A stretch of DNA of 64,000 nucleotides from a virus, in the IMG/VR virus record IMGVR_UViG_3300021185_003145, positions 1 to 64,000 of that record. The stretch is one strand, 5' to 3'. Shown piece after piece: positions 18,257 through 27,447 of this stretch; position 1 is the stretch's first letter, and the number at the start of each line of letters is the position of its first letter. A program made the position numbers and the translations under genes. Below the pieces are notes generated by a model, which had not been told where the DNA came from, did no database searches, and saw only the letters and a list, made by a program, of their open reading frames with translations.

Positions 18257-19717
18257 TTATTTCCAATCTGTTTTTTGTAGCACAAATGGATATTTGGCCT
18301 CTTTATAAAATTGTTTTCTCTTAGTTAGGTGTCTTTTTGCATATTTACAAGTTGATGTTATGTCCCATATTTGGACGTGGTCTTTATCTTGGGCTTTACG
18401 AATACCTCGTCCAATACTTTGTATTACCCTTACAAAACTCTTGCCTGGTTCTAATAAGACAAGATTAAATATACGTGGTATGTTAATACCAACTGCCGCA
18501 ACTCCGTATGTAGCAACAATAACTTTGTTATCTACGTCTGCGATTTCGTCATAGTGTTCTTTTCTGTCTCCGGCTTTAGTTGCTCCGCTAATGAATACTG
18601 CACTGTCTCCTATCTTTCTTACTAAGGATTTGCCCGATTCAACACGATCAACTAGTATTAATGTATTACCCGAATCTCCAATAGTGTTAAACAATGAAGC
18701 AAGATAATCTAAACGTTTTTCATCTGTAAGTAAATATTTTAATTCACTTTGATAGTTGCTATAATCTCCATGATCAATTAGTTGTACAACATTAACTTCA
18801 CAGTTACTAAGCACACCCATATCTTGTAGTTCACTAGCACTTTTACGTCCTACAACTTCTCCCAAACTTACCAATAGACTCATAAATTCAAAGTCTTCTT
18901 TTGGTATTGTTCCTGTAAGTCCCCAACGAATTGGTATCTGACTCATTACTCCTGTAAGTAATGTTTTAAGTGCATCTGCTTTTGCTTGGTGTACTTCATC
19001 TACCATCACACATACTACCCCATCAATAAACTCTTGTATAGTAATTGGTGCTTCGGCGTTACGAGTGTTCTTTAATAGTATATTCAAACTTTGCCAAGTA
19101 CATATAGTATGCGTCTTGCCAAATTCTTTTCTGTCACCATACCATACACCAACATCTAAACCTAAATTAATATAATCTTCTTCAGTTTGTGTTACTAGAC
19201 TCTTGTTTGGTACAATAACAATACTACGGCCATATGGTTCTACTAATTTACTAAGAGCCGCAGTCATAATTGTTTTTCCGGCGCCTGTTGCAATTTCTTG
19301 TAGGCTTTGCGGATTACTTATAAAGTTATTTATTATATCTATTTGATAGTCTCTTAGCACAACAGGCTCTCCTGCAACAGGATGTCCTTCGGGCCATGTT
19401 TTATCTGCAAATGTATCAGCATCTACAGGTTCAAATGTAAAGTCTGTTTGATACTCTCTATGGTCACTAACTTCAAAATCATATCCCATACTATCAAGTA
19501 CAGGTAATATTTTTGGAAGTAAATTAATAAACGAACTACCACCTAACTGAAAGTAACTAACCTTACCATCCCAACGTCCTAATCGTACTGCTGGCAAGTA
19601 ACGGGCATAAGGGACTTCGTACTTAAACATCTGTGAAAGTTTCTTCCTTGCCTCAAGGTCAAGGTTTTCTATCTTGACGTTTACTTCGTCCTTAATTACT
19701 AGTTTAGCTGTTTTCAT
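18257..19717 (-). CDS. uvsW: UvsW-like SF2 helicase
   Basis: LRDYQ, ATGAGKT, DEVH, GLTGT, QSIGRGIR. Confidence 0.92.
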   Translation of the reverse strand: MKTAKLVIKDEVNVKIENLDLEARKKLSQMFKYEVPYARYLPAVRLGRWDGKVSYFQLGGSSFINLLPKILPVLDSMGYDFEVSDHREYQTDFTFEPVDADTFADKTWPEGHPVAGEPVVLRDYQIDIINNFISNPQSLQEIATGAGKTIMTAALSKLVEPYGRSIVIVPNKSLVTQTEEDYINLGLDVGVWYGDRKEFGKTHTICTWQSLNILLKNTRNAEAPITIQEFIDGVVCVMVDEVHQAKADALKTLLTGVMSQIPIRWGLTGTIPKEDFEFMSLLVSLGEVVGRKSASELQDMGVLSNCEVNVVQLIDHGDYSNYQSELKYLLTDEKRLDYLASLFNTIGDSGNTLILVDRVESGKSLVRKIGDSAVFISGATKAGDRKEHYDEIADVDNKVIVATYGVAAVGINIPRIFNLVLLEPGKSFVRVIQSIGRGIRKAQDKDHVQIWDITSTCKYAKRHLTKRKQFYKEAKYPFVLQKTDWK

Positions 19718-20883
19718 TAATTACCTACGGAATTAGAATATAAACAAAGCCACGGTGCTTTAGTTTCTATGTAGTCACTTGATCTTAATTTTGTTATTCC
19801 ATTAGTATGAATAACAAAATCTGGTTTCCAGTCAGTTTGAGACTTGTTGTGCGAAAACCTTTGTATACTATCTAGTATAGCAAACTTTGTGTCAGAAGTA
19901 AACCTACGATTTGCATTAATAGTAATATTTAAATGCTTAACTAGACAAACTGCATTATTATGTCCTACTGCATCAATTACTTCAGTGAACTGTGGTACTT
20001 GTTCAGACTGTATTGTTCTGCCATCTACAATATATGCAATACGTTTAAAGCCTAACTCTTGTGCTCCTTCAACTAGTTCATTAATTGTACAGTCATCAAA
20101 TCTAAACTCACTACCTCTGCCTGTTAAAATTTTGTTTGCAATATAATTCAGTTTAAATGTACTACTACGATTAACTACATCTATATTTTGATCCGCAGCT
20201 TTTACTACTTGATCAATAATAGGTTTGTCTTGTACATTATTTTTCCACCAATCACTTAAACTATCTGGAGCATTAACTAGTTCACAATCATTTTCATTTA
20301 CTATTAATTGAATAGCATATTTTGACCTGTTACTAATCATACTTTTAAACTTGCTTACTAATGAAGTTACTTCAGTACTATACTTAAACCTATAATTTTT
20401 AGTCCATTTATCTATTTGTAATAAGTTATATTCATTATAATCAACTTCGTATCTACGTTCTTCTTTACTCCAGCCACTAGTAGTTGAATGCAACGACTTG
20501 TTTAGTAATGCTTTAAAACTAGTAATCATTTCCTTATTATATGGAAACTTGATATAAATTCTATCTTGTGTTATTTCAATCGTCCTTGTTCTATCAACTT
20601 GTCGTAACGGACTACTAAATGTAGGATTTTGAACAATAACTGAAACATCAATTCCTAACTTTTTATACTGCCTAACATACTTTGCAACTAACTTTACACT
20701 TAGATCTCTTTGCTTATCACTAAGTCCGTCTCCGCTGTTAATACTGCGAACTACATTATTAACAAAACTAACATCATAATTAGCAAGACTAATAGGCTTA
20801 TTTTTAAAACGAGGAGGAATAGGAGTTGGAATCAAACCTATTGCAAACTTCATACAATCTTCAATATCTAATGGTTGTAACAT
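19717..20883 (-). CDS. Hypothetical protein
   Basis: 388 aa, TAATG-coupled to uvsW. Confidence 0.7.
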   Translation of the reverse strand: MLQPLDIEDCMKFAIGLIPTPIPPRFKNKPISLANYDVSFVNNVVRSINSGDGLSDKQRDLSVKLVAKYVRQYKKLGIDVSVIVQNPTFSSPLRQVDRTRTIEITQDRIYIKFPYNKEMITSFKALLNKSLHSTTSGWSKEERRYEVDYNEYNLLQIDKWTKNYRFKYSTEVTSLVSKFKSMISNRSKYAIQLIVNENDCELVNAPDSLSDWWKNNVQDKPIIDQVVKAADQNIDVVNRSSTFKLNYIANKILTGRGSEFRFDDCTINELVEGAQELGFKRIAYIVDGRTIQSEQVPQFTEVIDAVGHNNAVCLVKHLNITINANRRFTSDTKFAILDSIQRFSHNKSQTDWKPDFVIHTNGITKLRSSDYIETKAPWLCLYSNSVGN

Positions 20884-20902
20884 ATAGCACCTTTAATAAA
20901 AT

Positions 20903-20933
20903 GAGAGTGTAGCCCGACCAAAGACTACACTCC
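20903..20933 (-). terminator. Terminator-like hairpin after ATPase gene
   Basis: GAGTGTAG...CTACACTC inverted repeat followed by a weak U-rich tract. Confidence 0.5.
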
Positions 20934-20961
20934 TTTTGCCTGCAACGAGGAGGTTCACTTA

Positions 20962-21993
20962 TTATACTCTTTTCATACAAGTATTCGAAGCCAGGCTTTT
21001 CCAATTTGTAGGACTTAGTTTTTTCAAGTCACCTATCTTAAGTGCCATTCTAAGACTCATTTCTCTAAGTTTCTTTCTGTTAGAAAACATAAACTCAAGA
21101 ATATCTTCTTCATCTTGTTTCTCAAATTTATATCCTTCAAACAAATCACCTTTTCTTGCAATTTGTTTAATCCTTAAAAAGCAATCTCTAGCAGTATCAA
21201 GTGTTAAGTCAATGTAATGACATCTTGACATAAGTGCATCTAAATGATCTTTAAGTTTTTTACTTCTAACATTATCAAATTTAATGTTAGTTACAAAACA
21301 AACACTACCTTTGAAATCAAAGTAATTAGGAATACCTTCAGTTCTTAGTTTACTACTATCTGCATTCCAGTATATACGTCTACGTTTACCACTATCAAGT
21401 GCCGCTTTAAGTATGTTTAAGGATAAATCGTCCATTAGCACACTATCACAATCATCAAATACTAGTACATCACCAGTTTGACTATATTCAAATAGTTTAG
21501 CATAAAGTCCAATTGGTGTCATTGCACCTTTACAAACTTCATATCGTGTAACACCAGCAAGTGCATCAAAACCACTTTGTTCTTCAAGTGTAGTTTCAAC
21601 ACCATATGATTTACCAACACCTGGAGGTCCAGTAACAATCATTGCTCGTACATCACCATTTTTTAGTGCAGAAGCCATTTCATTAAGTATCTCAAATCGC
21701 TCTTCAATTTCTACCATACGTTTTTCATCTTTTTCAGTAATAACTGAAGATTCTGCTTCAACTGGTATTGCTATGCTACCTGCATTTGGCTTATAAGCAT
21801 CTGCATCTACCATTTCAAGTTGCATAGGGCTAGTAACTTTAACACGGATTTTATCCATGCCAAATCCATTGCTACCATCTACAGTAACAAACATTCCGCT
21901 TTTGCCTTGTTTGAGATCTGATACTAGTGGAAACACAGTATCTTTAATTGCTTGGTTTCTGTAAAAACCTTCTTTAACTAAAACGTAACTCAT
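20962..21993 (-). CDS. AAA+ ATPase
   Basis: GPPGVGKS, VLVFDDCD, LKAALD, ALMSRC. Confidence 0.8.
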   Translation of the reverse strand: MSYVLVKEGFYRNQAIKDTVFPLVSDLKQGKSGMFVTVDGSNGFGMDKIRVKVTSPMQLEMVDADAYKPNAGSIAIPVEAESSVITEKDEKRMVEIEERFEILNEMASALKNGDVRAMIVTGPPGVGKSYGVETTLEEQSGFDALAGVTRYEVCKGAMTPIGLYAKLFEYSQTGDVLVFDDCDSVLMDDLSLNILKAALDSGKRRRIYWNADSSKLRTEGIPNYFDFKGSVCFVTNIKFDNVRSKKLKDHLDALMSRCHYIDLTLDTARDCFLRIKQIARKGDLFEGYKFEKQDEEDILEFMFSNRKKLREMSLRMALKIGDLKKLSPTNWKSLASNTCMKRV

Positions 21994-22030
21994 ATTGTAA
22001 TCCTTTTCATCGTTTTATGTTTATATTATT

Positions 22031-22058
22031 AATGTAGCATATCTATAGGATAAGTCAA
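22031..22058 (-). promoter_or_regulatory. Early sigma70-type promoter
   Basis: GG-TTGACT-N16-TACATT with extended TG. Confidence 0.65.
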
Positions 22059-22061
22059 CCT

Positions 22062-22205
22062 TTATTTTGTTGCTTTATAGATATCTTCAGCAGTTTGGTT
22101 AATAGTAGATTTTACATCATCTACTATTCCATCTACATTTCCGGGTGTTTGGTACACATACATTCCATATGCTCCAACTGCCATAAAAATAAGTGCTTTA
22201 ATCAT
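22062..22205 (-). CDS. 47-aa membrane-anchored protein (not in ORF track)
   Basis: MIKALIFMAVGAYGMYVYQTPGNVDGIVDDVKSTINQTAEDIYKATK; TAATG overlap with upstream stop. Confidence 0.65.
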   Translation of the reverse strand: MIKALIFMAVGAYGMYVYQTPGNVDGIVDDVKSTINQTAEDIYKATK

Positions 22206-22552
22206 TAGTCTAACCTACTTCCTGCATAAGCACGAAAACCGTACTTTTTAAATACATCAGCAGCCGCAATAGCACCTGCTTCTAATGTATCAACATTTTG
22301 ACATCCGTATCTTGAAGGATTCCACATATTAATTGAACCAGTATAATCCTTAGTTAAACCTGCTTCTTTAAAAGCCTTACCCATTTTAGTATTCATCTTA
22401 ATACCATAAATGTTAACCCAAGCAAAACCACATGCATAAGCATCTTCACCACCAAGTTCTTTCTTAAAAAACTTATCAGCGGCAATATAAGCGGCATCTT
22501 TTGCTTCTTGTATAATAGTTGGAATTTGATTTTCTGTAACTGAAACTGTCAT
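22205..22552 (-). CDS. Early hypothetical protein
   Basis: AGGAG RBS and own promoter; ACGFAWV motif. Confidence 0.8.
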   Translation of the reverse strand: MTVSVTENQIPTIIQEAKDAAYIAADKFFKKELGGEDAYACGFAWVNIYGIKMNTKMGKAFKEAGLTKDYTGSINMWNPSRYGCQNVDTLEAGAIAAADVFKKYGFRAYAGSRLD

Positions 22553-22583
22553 TGTCGACTCCTTTTGTTTAACTTACTATTAT

Positions 22584-22611
22584 ATAATAGCATCTATATA
22601 CAATCTGTCAA
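22584..22611 (-). promoter_or_regulatory. Early promoter
   Basis: AAAAAGG-TTGACA-N16-TATTAT with extended TG. Confidence 0.8.
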
Positions 22612-22669
22612 CCTTTTTCTGTCAGAAAAATGCCTAATATGTAAGAAAAATACATACTAGGCACTATTT

Positions 22670-22984
22670 CTATGATAAAGGAATTATCAAACCTTTTTGC
22701 TTCATAACAGCAGTGGCTTTTGCTGCTTCAAGTTTAGCATTAGACGGATCATTTTGGTCACCGTTATACTTTTTTGAAGTTTTGTTGTAATTCTTATTTT
22801 GCATAAGAGTGTATACAAACAAGTTATTAATATCTTGTCGGGTAACTAATTTACCCCCAAAAGTATTAACAATAGCAGATAACACAGGACCGAGCCTACT
22901 ATTATCCATTGTTGGTATGGTACTCTTTACAGTATTAATATTATTACAAACTGTTACAACTTCGTTCTTCTTTGATTTAGACAT
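22670..22984 (-). CDS. Early hypothetical basic protein (start reassigned to MSKSKK)
   Basis: AAAGGAG RBS 6 nt before ATG 22984. Confidence 0.7.
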   Translation of the reverse strand: MSKSKKNEVVTVCNNINTVKSTIPTMDNSRLGPVLSAIVNTFGGKLVTRQDINNLFVYTLMQNKNYNKTSKKYNGDQNDPSNAKLEAAKATAVMKQKGLIIPLS

Positions 22985-23004
22985 TTCTGTCTCCTTTATA
23001 TACA

Positions 23005-23055
23005 GGGCGATAATAAGGAAATAAGTTATGATGTCGCCCAAAAGCATCTAACTTA
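23005..23055 (-). ncRNA. Candidate H-type pseudoknot 5' leader
   Basis: Stems TAAGTTA-GATG / CATC-A-TAACTTA and GGGCGA / TCGCCC are interleaved. Confidence 0.55.
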
Positions 23056-23062
23056 CTGTTTT

Positions 23063-23090
23063 ATAATAACATCTTTGCTATATTTGTCAA
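23063..23090 (-). promoter_or_regulatory. Early promoter
   Basis: AAAAGG-TTGACA-N16-TATTAT. Confidence 0.8.
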
Positions 23091-23593
23091 CCTTTTATTT
23101 GCTTTTGTGCTATTTTAAATAAAGGTGTTTGTTTAACAGTATCTAACATACCGTTAAGTATCAGTTGCTTTTCTAAAAAATACACTTTTGCAAAGCCTGG
23201 ATCGTTTTTACCAATGCAAGCCGTGTTATCTACCAAATCTGCTAGTTTGATAATTTGTGCTTCTATCGGTGCAGACAATATATGCTTACGATCTATTGCT
23301 TTACGAACTGCACGATTACCATCTTCAAGTGTACTTTGATCAGTTAACCAATAAACCAAGTCAGCAATAGTAGTTCCAAACTTAATGCAAATATCATCTA
23401 GTGTAAAATCTGTATCTTCAACTACATCATGTAACAATGCCGCGGCAACTTGCTCAGTTGTTCCACCGTGATCATATACTAATTGAGCAACATCAATAGT
23501 GTGTGTTACATATGGAAGACCAGTATACTTACGTTTCTGATCTCCGTGGGCAACTACAGCAAATTTTAATGCTTTAGTTACTATTTTATCCAT
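23087..23593 (-). CDS. HD-domain (SpoT/Mesh1-like) small alarmone hydrolase
   Basis: AHGDQKRKYTGLPYVTH, ALLHDVVEDT, IKLADLVDN; start probably MDKIV at 23593. Confidence 0.85.
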   Translation of the reverse strand: MDKIVTKALKFAVVAHGDQKRKYTGLPYVTHTIDVAQLVYDHGGTTEQVAAALLHDVVEDTDFTLDDICIKFGTTIADLVYWLTDQSTLEDGNRAVRKAIDRKHILSAPIEAQIIKLADLVDNTACIGKNDPGFAKVYFLEKQLILNGMLDTVKQTPLFKIAQKQIKG

Positions 23594-23958
23594 TATGCAA
23601 TTCCTGTCCAACGTACAACTGATGTGTTCTTTGCATCAGTAAAAACATTACCACGTTTAAAGTTTGTTGCTGGTGCATTCCAACCGGCTGCTTTAAGCAT
23701 ATCGCCTTCTACAAAGCCTTTAGTTGCTTCTTTAACAATAAAGCCACTAACACTACCACCACCAAATGAACTTTTGTGGTCTTTTTTAATAAGTTTAATA
23801 TACTTTTGACCTTCTTTAATTTCAACTTCCCAATTATCAACAACTTCTTGCATGTATCCTGACAATGGTTTTGCACCACTATGTGTTGCCCAATCAATAT
23901 AACTTTGCTTCATTGTTTCAACTACTGTTTCACATGCTTCTAAAAGTTCTGCGTTCAT
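23593..23958 (-). CDS. Early phage protein
   Basis: GQKYIKL..GDMLKAAGWNAPA..RGNV motif typical of small phage proteins; own promoter. Confidence 0.8.
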   Translation of the reverse strand: MNAELLEACETVVETMKQSYIDWATHSGAKPLSGYMQEVVDNWEVEIKEGQKYIKLIKKDHKSSFGGGSVSGFIVKEATKGFVEGDMLKAAGWNAPATNFKRGNVFTDAKNTSVVRWTGIA

Positions 23959-23992
23959 AATGTTTACTTCCTTTTTGTTAACTTACTATTAC

Positions 23993-24020
23993 ATAATAGC
24001 ACTATTACAAGTTTTGTCAA
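23993..24020 (-). promoter_or_regulatory. Early promoter
   Basis: AAAAAGG-TTGACA-N16-TATTAT. Confidence 0.8.
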
Positions 24021-24033
24021 CCTTTTTAGTCAC

Positions 24034-24057
24034 AAAAAAACCCTTGTAAAACAAGGG
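24034..24057 (-). terminator. Intrinsic terminator
   Basis: CCCTTGT/ACAAGGG stem followed by T7 on minus strand. Confidence 0.7.
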
Positions 24058-24077
24058 CTTAAAAAGTTTTTTATTTT

Positions 24078-24269
24078 TTAATAATCTAGTTCAAATTTTT
24101 TGTTAGTATTTGCTTCACAGATGCTAATAATTTGTAACTTTTCTTCAAAATCATAATACTCAGCAAGTAGTACTTTTGCAACTTCTGTCTTATCTTCTGC
24201 CATCATTAACACACTTCGTTCGTCTGTGTTTTTATCAGTATTAAAGTTTACAATGTATCTGTTTTTCAT
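24078..24269 (-). CDS. Small early hypothetical protein
   Basis: GAGGAG RBS; TTGACA-N17-TATAGT promoter at 24296-24324. Confidence 0.75.
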   Translation of the reverse strand: MKNRYIVNFNTDKNTDERSVLMMAEDKTEVAKVLLAEYYDFEEKLQIISICEANTNKKFELDY

Positions 24270-24327
24270 ACTATTCTCCTCTATGTATAAGTTATACTAT
24301 ACATTAGAAAAACACAGATGTCAAGAC

Positions 24328-25188
24328 CTAAATTGGATTTATTGGCTTTTGTCTTAACTTTATATTATTCATAACTCTTTTGTACATTTTTTGGTATGTA
24401 TCATCAAATCCTTCAACAGGTTCAAGTACACCATCTAATTCATATATTGGTGTTTTTTCTCTTGGTCCGCAAAATATGTCAATAATACCACCATTTGAGA
24501 ATATGTTTACTCTGTTGCCAAAAAAGTTAGTTGGATTATAATTACGAACTGGTAGCCACCACATTAAGTAATCTAACTCGTCTAATAAGTTCCACATAAA
24601 CTCTAAATGTGTTTTACTATTATTAATTTCTACTAACATTTGCGGTCTGCATCTTTTTATAGTTTCTTGACATCCTGTTAGTACTTCTTTCTCGTAACCT
24701 TCAACATCAATTTTTATAAAATCACAACGTCCAAAGTTTAAACTATCAATCCTAACCATTGGCTTTGCTTCGTACAAACCTCCTGGATTTGCTTCTAGTA
24801 CACTACACTCTCCGTAGTTGCCAGGAATGCTTGGATTAAACGAACTAATAAAACTGCTACCATTACGGTCACCAACAATGTTTCCGTATACTTGTACATT
24901 CTTACATTGATTCTGATCAATGTTTTTTATTAGTAAATTTCTATTAAACTCATTTGGCTCAAATGCGGCTACTTGACCTTTAAAAGCATGTTTGGCAAAC
25001 CATACAGTATGCAAACCAAGATTAGCACCAATGTCTAAAACAAAGTCTCCAGGTTGAACTACATGATTAAGTAATAAAAACTCATTTTCTGCATATTCGC
25101 CGTACAACTCTAAGCTCTTACCAATGATAATATCATTTGTAAAATAACTAAACAATCCGTGCTTACATAATTTAGTTTGTATTCCCAT
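24328..25188 (-). CDS. FkbM-family methyltransferase
   Basis: LDIGANLG, AFEPN, FIKIDVEGYE. Confidence 0.9.
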   Translation of the reverse strand: MGIQTKLCKHGLFSYFTNDIIIGKSLELYGEYAENEFLLLNHVVQPGDFVLDIGANLGLHTVWFAKHAFKGQVAAFEPNEFNRNLLIKNIDQNQCKNVQVYGNIVGDRNGSSFISSFNPSIPGNYGECSVLEANPGGLYEAKPMVRIDSLNFGRCDFIKIDVEGYEKEVLTGCQETIKRCRPQMLVEINNSKTHLEFMWNLLDELDYLMWWLPVRNYNPTNFFGNRVNIFSNGGIIDIFCGPREKTPIYELDGVLEPVEGFDDTYQKMYKRVMNNIKLRQKPINPI

Positions 25189-25946
25189 TAATCTCTTCGT
25201 TCAATATCGTCTTCTGTACATTGTGTACCAATTTGTACTTCAATTACTTTGCATGGCTCATTTGTTTGATTACTAGCCTGATGCCATACTTTTTTACTAA
25301 CTGTGTATGCACGATCGTGTGCAGTTAATGTAATAACATCTTGCACCTTGTTGTACTCCGTAGTCATCTGACACGATCCTTGTACTACATTCCAACGTTC
25401 ATCTCTATGTTGATGTAGTTGCATACTTAAACTTTTACCCGGTAATATCTCTAATTCTTTTACTTTATAATCATGTCCTTGGTCAATAGTTCTATACCAT
25501 CCCCAATCTCTGTAAACTCTGTCGCCGTTCCATTTTGCTAATAGTATTGAACTACTATTTTGCTTATCTTGGCCGCCAACTCCAAACTCAAAGGATAATT
25601 TTTCATCTTCCATTTTCATCTCCGGTATGTTTTCTGCAGTTCTATCACCGCCATTTGCAAATATAATTTCACTATCAGGCCAAGTTTCTCTAACTTGTTT
25701 AATGGCATCTATTGCAGAATTGTCCGAGTCGTCAAAAAGTACATAATCATCAACCATTCTCAAGTTTTGTATAATACCTACTCTATCAAGTATTGGCATA
25801 AACGGCTTGCCTTTCTTATTGGCTAACCACTCATCACTATTAATGCCTACTACTAGTTTGTCGCCAAGTTGCTTTGCTGACGTAAGGTATGACAAATGCC
25901 CAGAATGTAGTGGATCAAATCCACCTGTTACTAAAACAATCTTCAT
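25188..25946 (-). CDS. Cytidylyltransferase-like domain fused to type II mannose-6-phosphate isomerase cupin
   Basis: GGFDPLHSGH, ANGGDR; R.WG.Y, LSMQLHQHRDERW, IEVQ.G..EDDIER. Confidence 0.88.
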   Translation of the reverse strand: MKIVLVTGGFDPLHSGHLSYLTSAKQLGDKLVVGINSDEWLANKKGKPFMPILDRVGIIQNLRMVDDYVLFDDSDNSAIDAIKQVRETWPDSEIIFANGGDRTAENIPEMKMEDEKLSFEFGVGGQDKQNSSSILLAKWNGDRVYRDWGWYRTIDQGHDYKVKELEILPGKSLSMQLHQHRDERWNVVQGSCQMTTEYNKVQDVITLTAHDRAYTVSKKVWHQASNQTNEPCKVIEVQIGTQCTEDDIERRD

Positions 25947-25980
25947 TACTAATAGTTATCCTGTCTGTAGTTTATTCATA

Positions 25981-26001
25981 AAAAAACTGGCTAAAGCCAG
26001 T
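25981..26001 (-). terminator. Intrinsic terminator
   Basis: ACTGGC-TTTA-GCCAGT followed by a T-run. Confidence 0.65.
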
Positions 26002-26005
26002 AATT

Positions 26006-26758
26006 CTAAATTTTGGAATAATCAATTAACGTACCGTCGATCCAGTACAATAGCAAATTCTTGTTAGTTAAATATCCATATCTGTTTAGTTGTTTTTTGC
26101 ATGATTCAGGTAACAATTCATCATACTCGTATAGTGTTTTATCCCCGTAATTGTATAGTTCTTCTGAATCTTTGTATACTAGTGCATTAATAACATTTGA
26201 ATTTGGTTGTTTAATAAAGTAACCTTCGTTACAATTAAAACCACTTAATACTAACATATGTATAAGATCAACAATAGTAATACTATTAGTTGCCTGCGAA
26301 TACACTCTGTAATCAGGTTCCCCATAAAAAGTGTTTATAGTAGTTGGAAACGTTAAACACAACATACCACCTAAGTTGGTACATTTATTCATCTTGTGCA
26401 AGAAACCTAACGGATCTATTGCTTCATGTAAAACACTATGAGCCCAAACTACATCAAATGTGTCTTTTGGTTCATAGTTGTATATGTCTTCATTAATAAA
26501 AGTTATACGTTCGTGTTTATATTCTTCTTTAAAATCATTCTTAATGTCAATAGCAGTTACGTTAATATCTAAAGATACCGGTGCGTCTTCATCACCATCA
26601 TCAACTTCTGCCCACCAGTAACTGTCAGATCCTTGTCCGCAACCTACATCAAGTACATTATCAATACTTTCCATCATTGTTGGATATTGTCTTAGTAGTT
26701 CAAGAAATCCGTAACTGTGTAGTCTACTATTTGCCGGGTTACTTAGTAAAAAATCCAT
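26006..26758 (-). CDS. Class I SAM-dependent methyltransferase
   Basis: VLDVGCGQG, FDVVWAHSVLH. Confidence 0.85.
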   Translation of the reverse strand: MDFLLSNPANSRLHSYGFLELLRQYPTMMESIDNVLDVGCGQGSDSYWWAEVDDGDEDAPVSLDINVTAIDIKNDFKEEYKHERITFINEDIYNYEPKDTFDVVWAHSVLHEAIDPLGFLHKMNKCTNLGGMLCLTFPTTINTFYGEPDYRVYSQATNSITIVDLIHMLVLSGFNCNEGYFIKQPNSNVINALVYKDSEELYNYGDKTLYEYDELLPESCKKQLNRYGYLTNKNLLLYWIDGTLIDYSKI

Positions 26759-27005
26759 CGTTTAACATACCTTTTAACAAATCTATGTGTAACTCTTCCA
26801 AACACACTTTAGCATTATTTACTTTATTTTTAAGTTGGTTGGGATGAATACGACTATGATTTTCTAAATCGTTAAAAAGTTGATCTAAAACAAACTTTTT
26901 TTGCTTCATTACACCAATACTTTTAAAGTTTACAATATGTGCATCAAAGTCTTTACAGAATGTTTTATATTCTCTTGTTAATTTATTAATATTATAATGT
27001 GACAT
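26739..27005 (-). CDS. Hypothetical protein
   Basis: ORF track; fills the gap. Confidence 0.55.
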   Translation of the reverse strand: MSHYNINKLTREYKTFCKDFDAHIVNFKSIGVMKQKKFVLDQLFNDLENHSRIHPNQLKNKVNNAKVCLEELHIDLLKGMLNDGFFTK

Positions 27006-27447
27006 CTTCCATACCGGCTGTTCTTAGCCTAACAATATGGCCCATTTGCCATTGCTTTGCTTCCAAACCTTTCATAATACCAAGCCATCTGTTTCGTGCT
27101 AGTGCAACTTCATTGACTAGTGTTTCAAAGTCGATTACTTCATCTTCACCGTCAACATATTTTTCAGCATCACGACTTGATAATGCACGTTGATAGCCTT
27201 CCAAGTATTTCTGAAAGTGCTTACGTCTTATTTTTCTAAGTTGTATGTTAAGATAGTTAAGCACTGCTTCAATCTCTTGTAGTTGATTAAAACGGTGCTC
27301 TGTTATACCTGGCAAATCTCTTAGATGACGTTCTACACTTCCGTTGATGCCAGTTTCTTTTTTGGCTTCAGTTAACTCTTTTTCATAATATAAAATAAAG
27401 TCAGGAAGTGTAGATAAGTCTTTGGTTATTTTACCATACCAACTCAT
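26992..27447 (-). CDS. uvsY: Recombination mediator UvsY
   Basis: KYLEGYQRALSSRDAEKYVDGE; near uvsX. Confidence 0.8.
   Translation of the reverse strand: MSWYGKITKDLSTLPDFILYYEKELTEAKKETGINGSVERHLRDLPGITEHRFNQLQEIEAVLNYLNIQLRKIRRKHFQKYLEGYQRALSSRDAEKYVDGEDEVIDFETLVNEVALARNRWLGIMKGLEAKQWQMGHIVRLRTAGMEDVTL

Noticed and set aside
22985-23047. N-terminal extension MLLGDIITYFLIIALYIKETE as a membrane anchor
   Set aside because: No RBS for that start, a strong AAAGGAG precedes ATG 22984, and the segment is better explained as a structured leader
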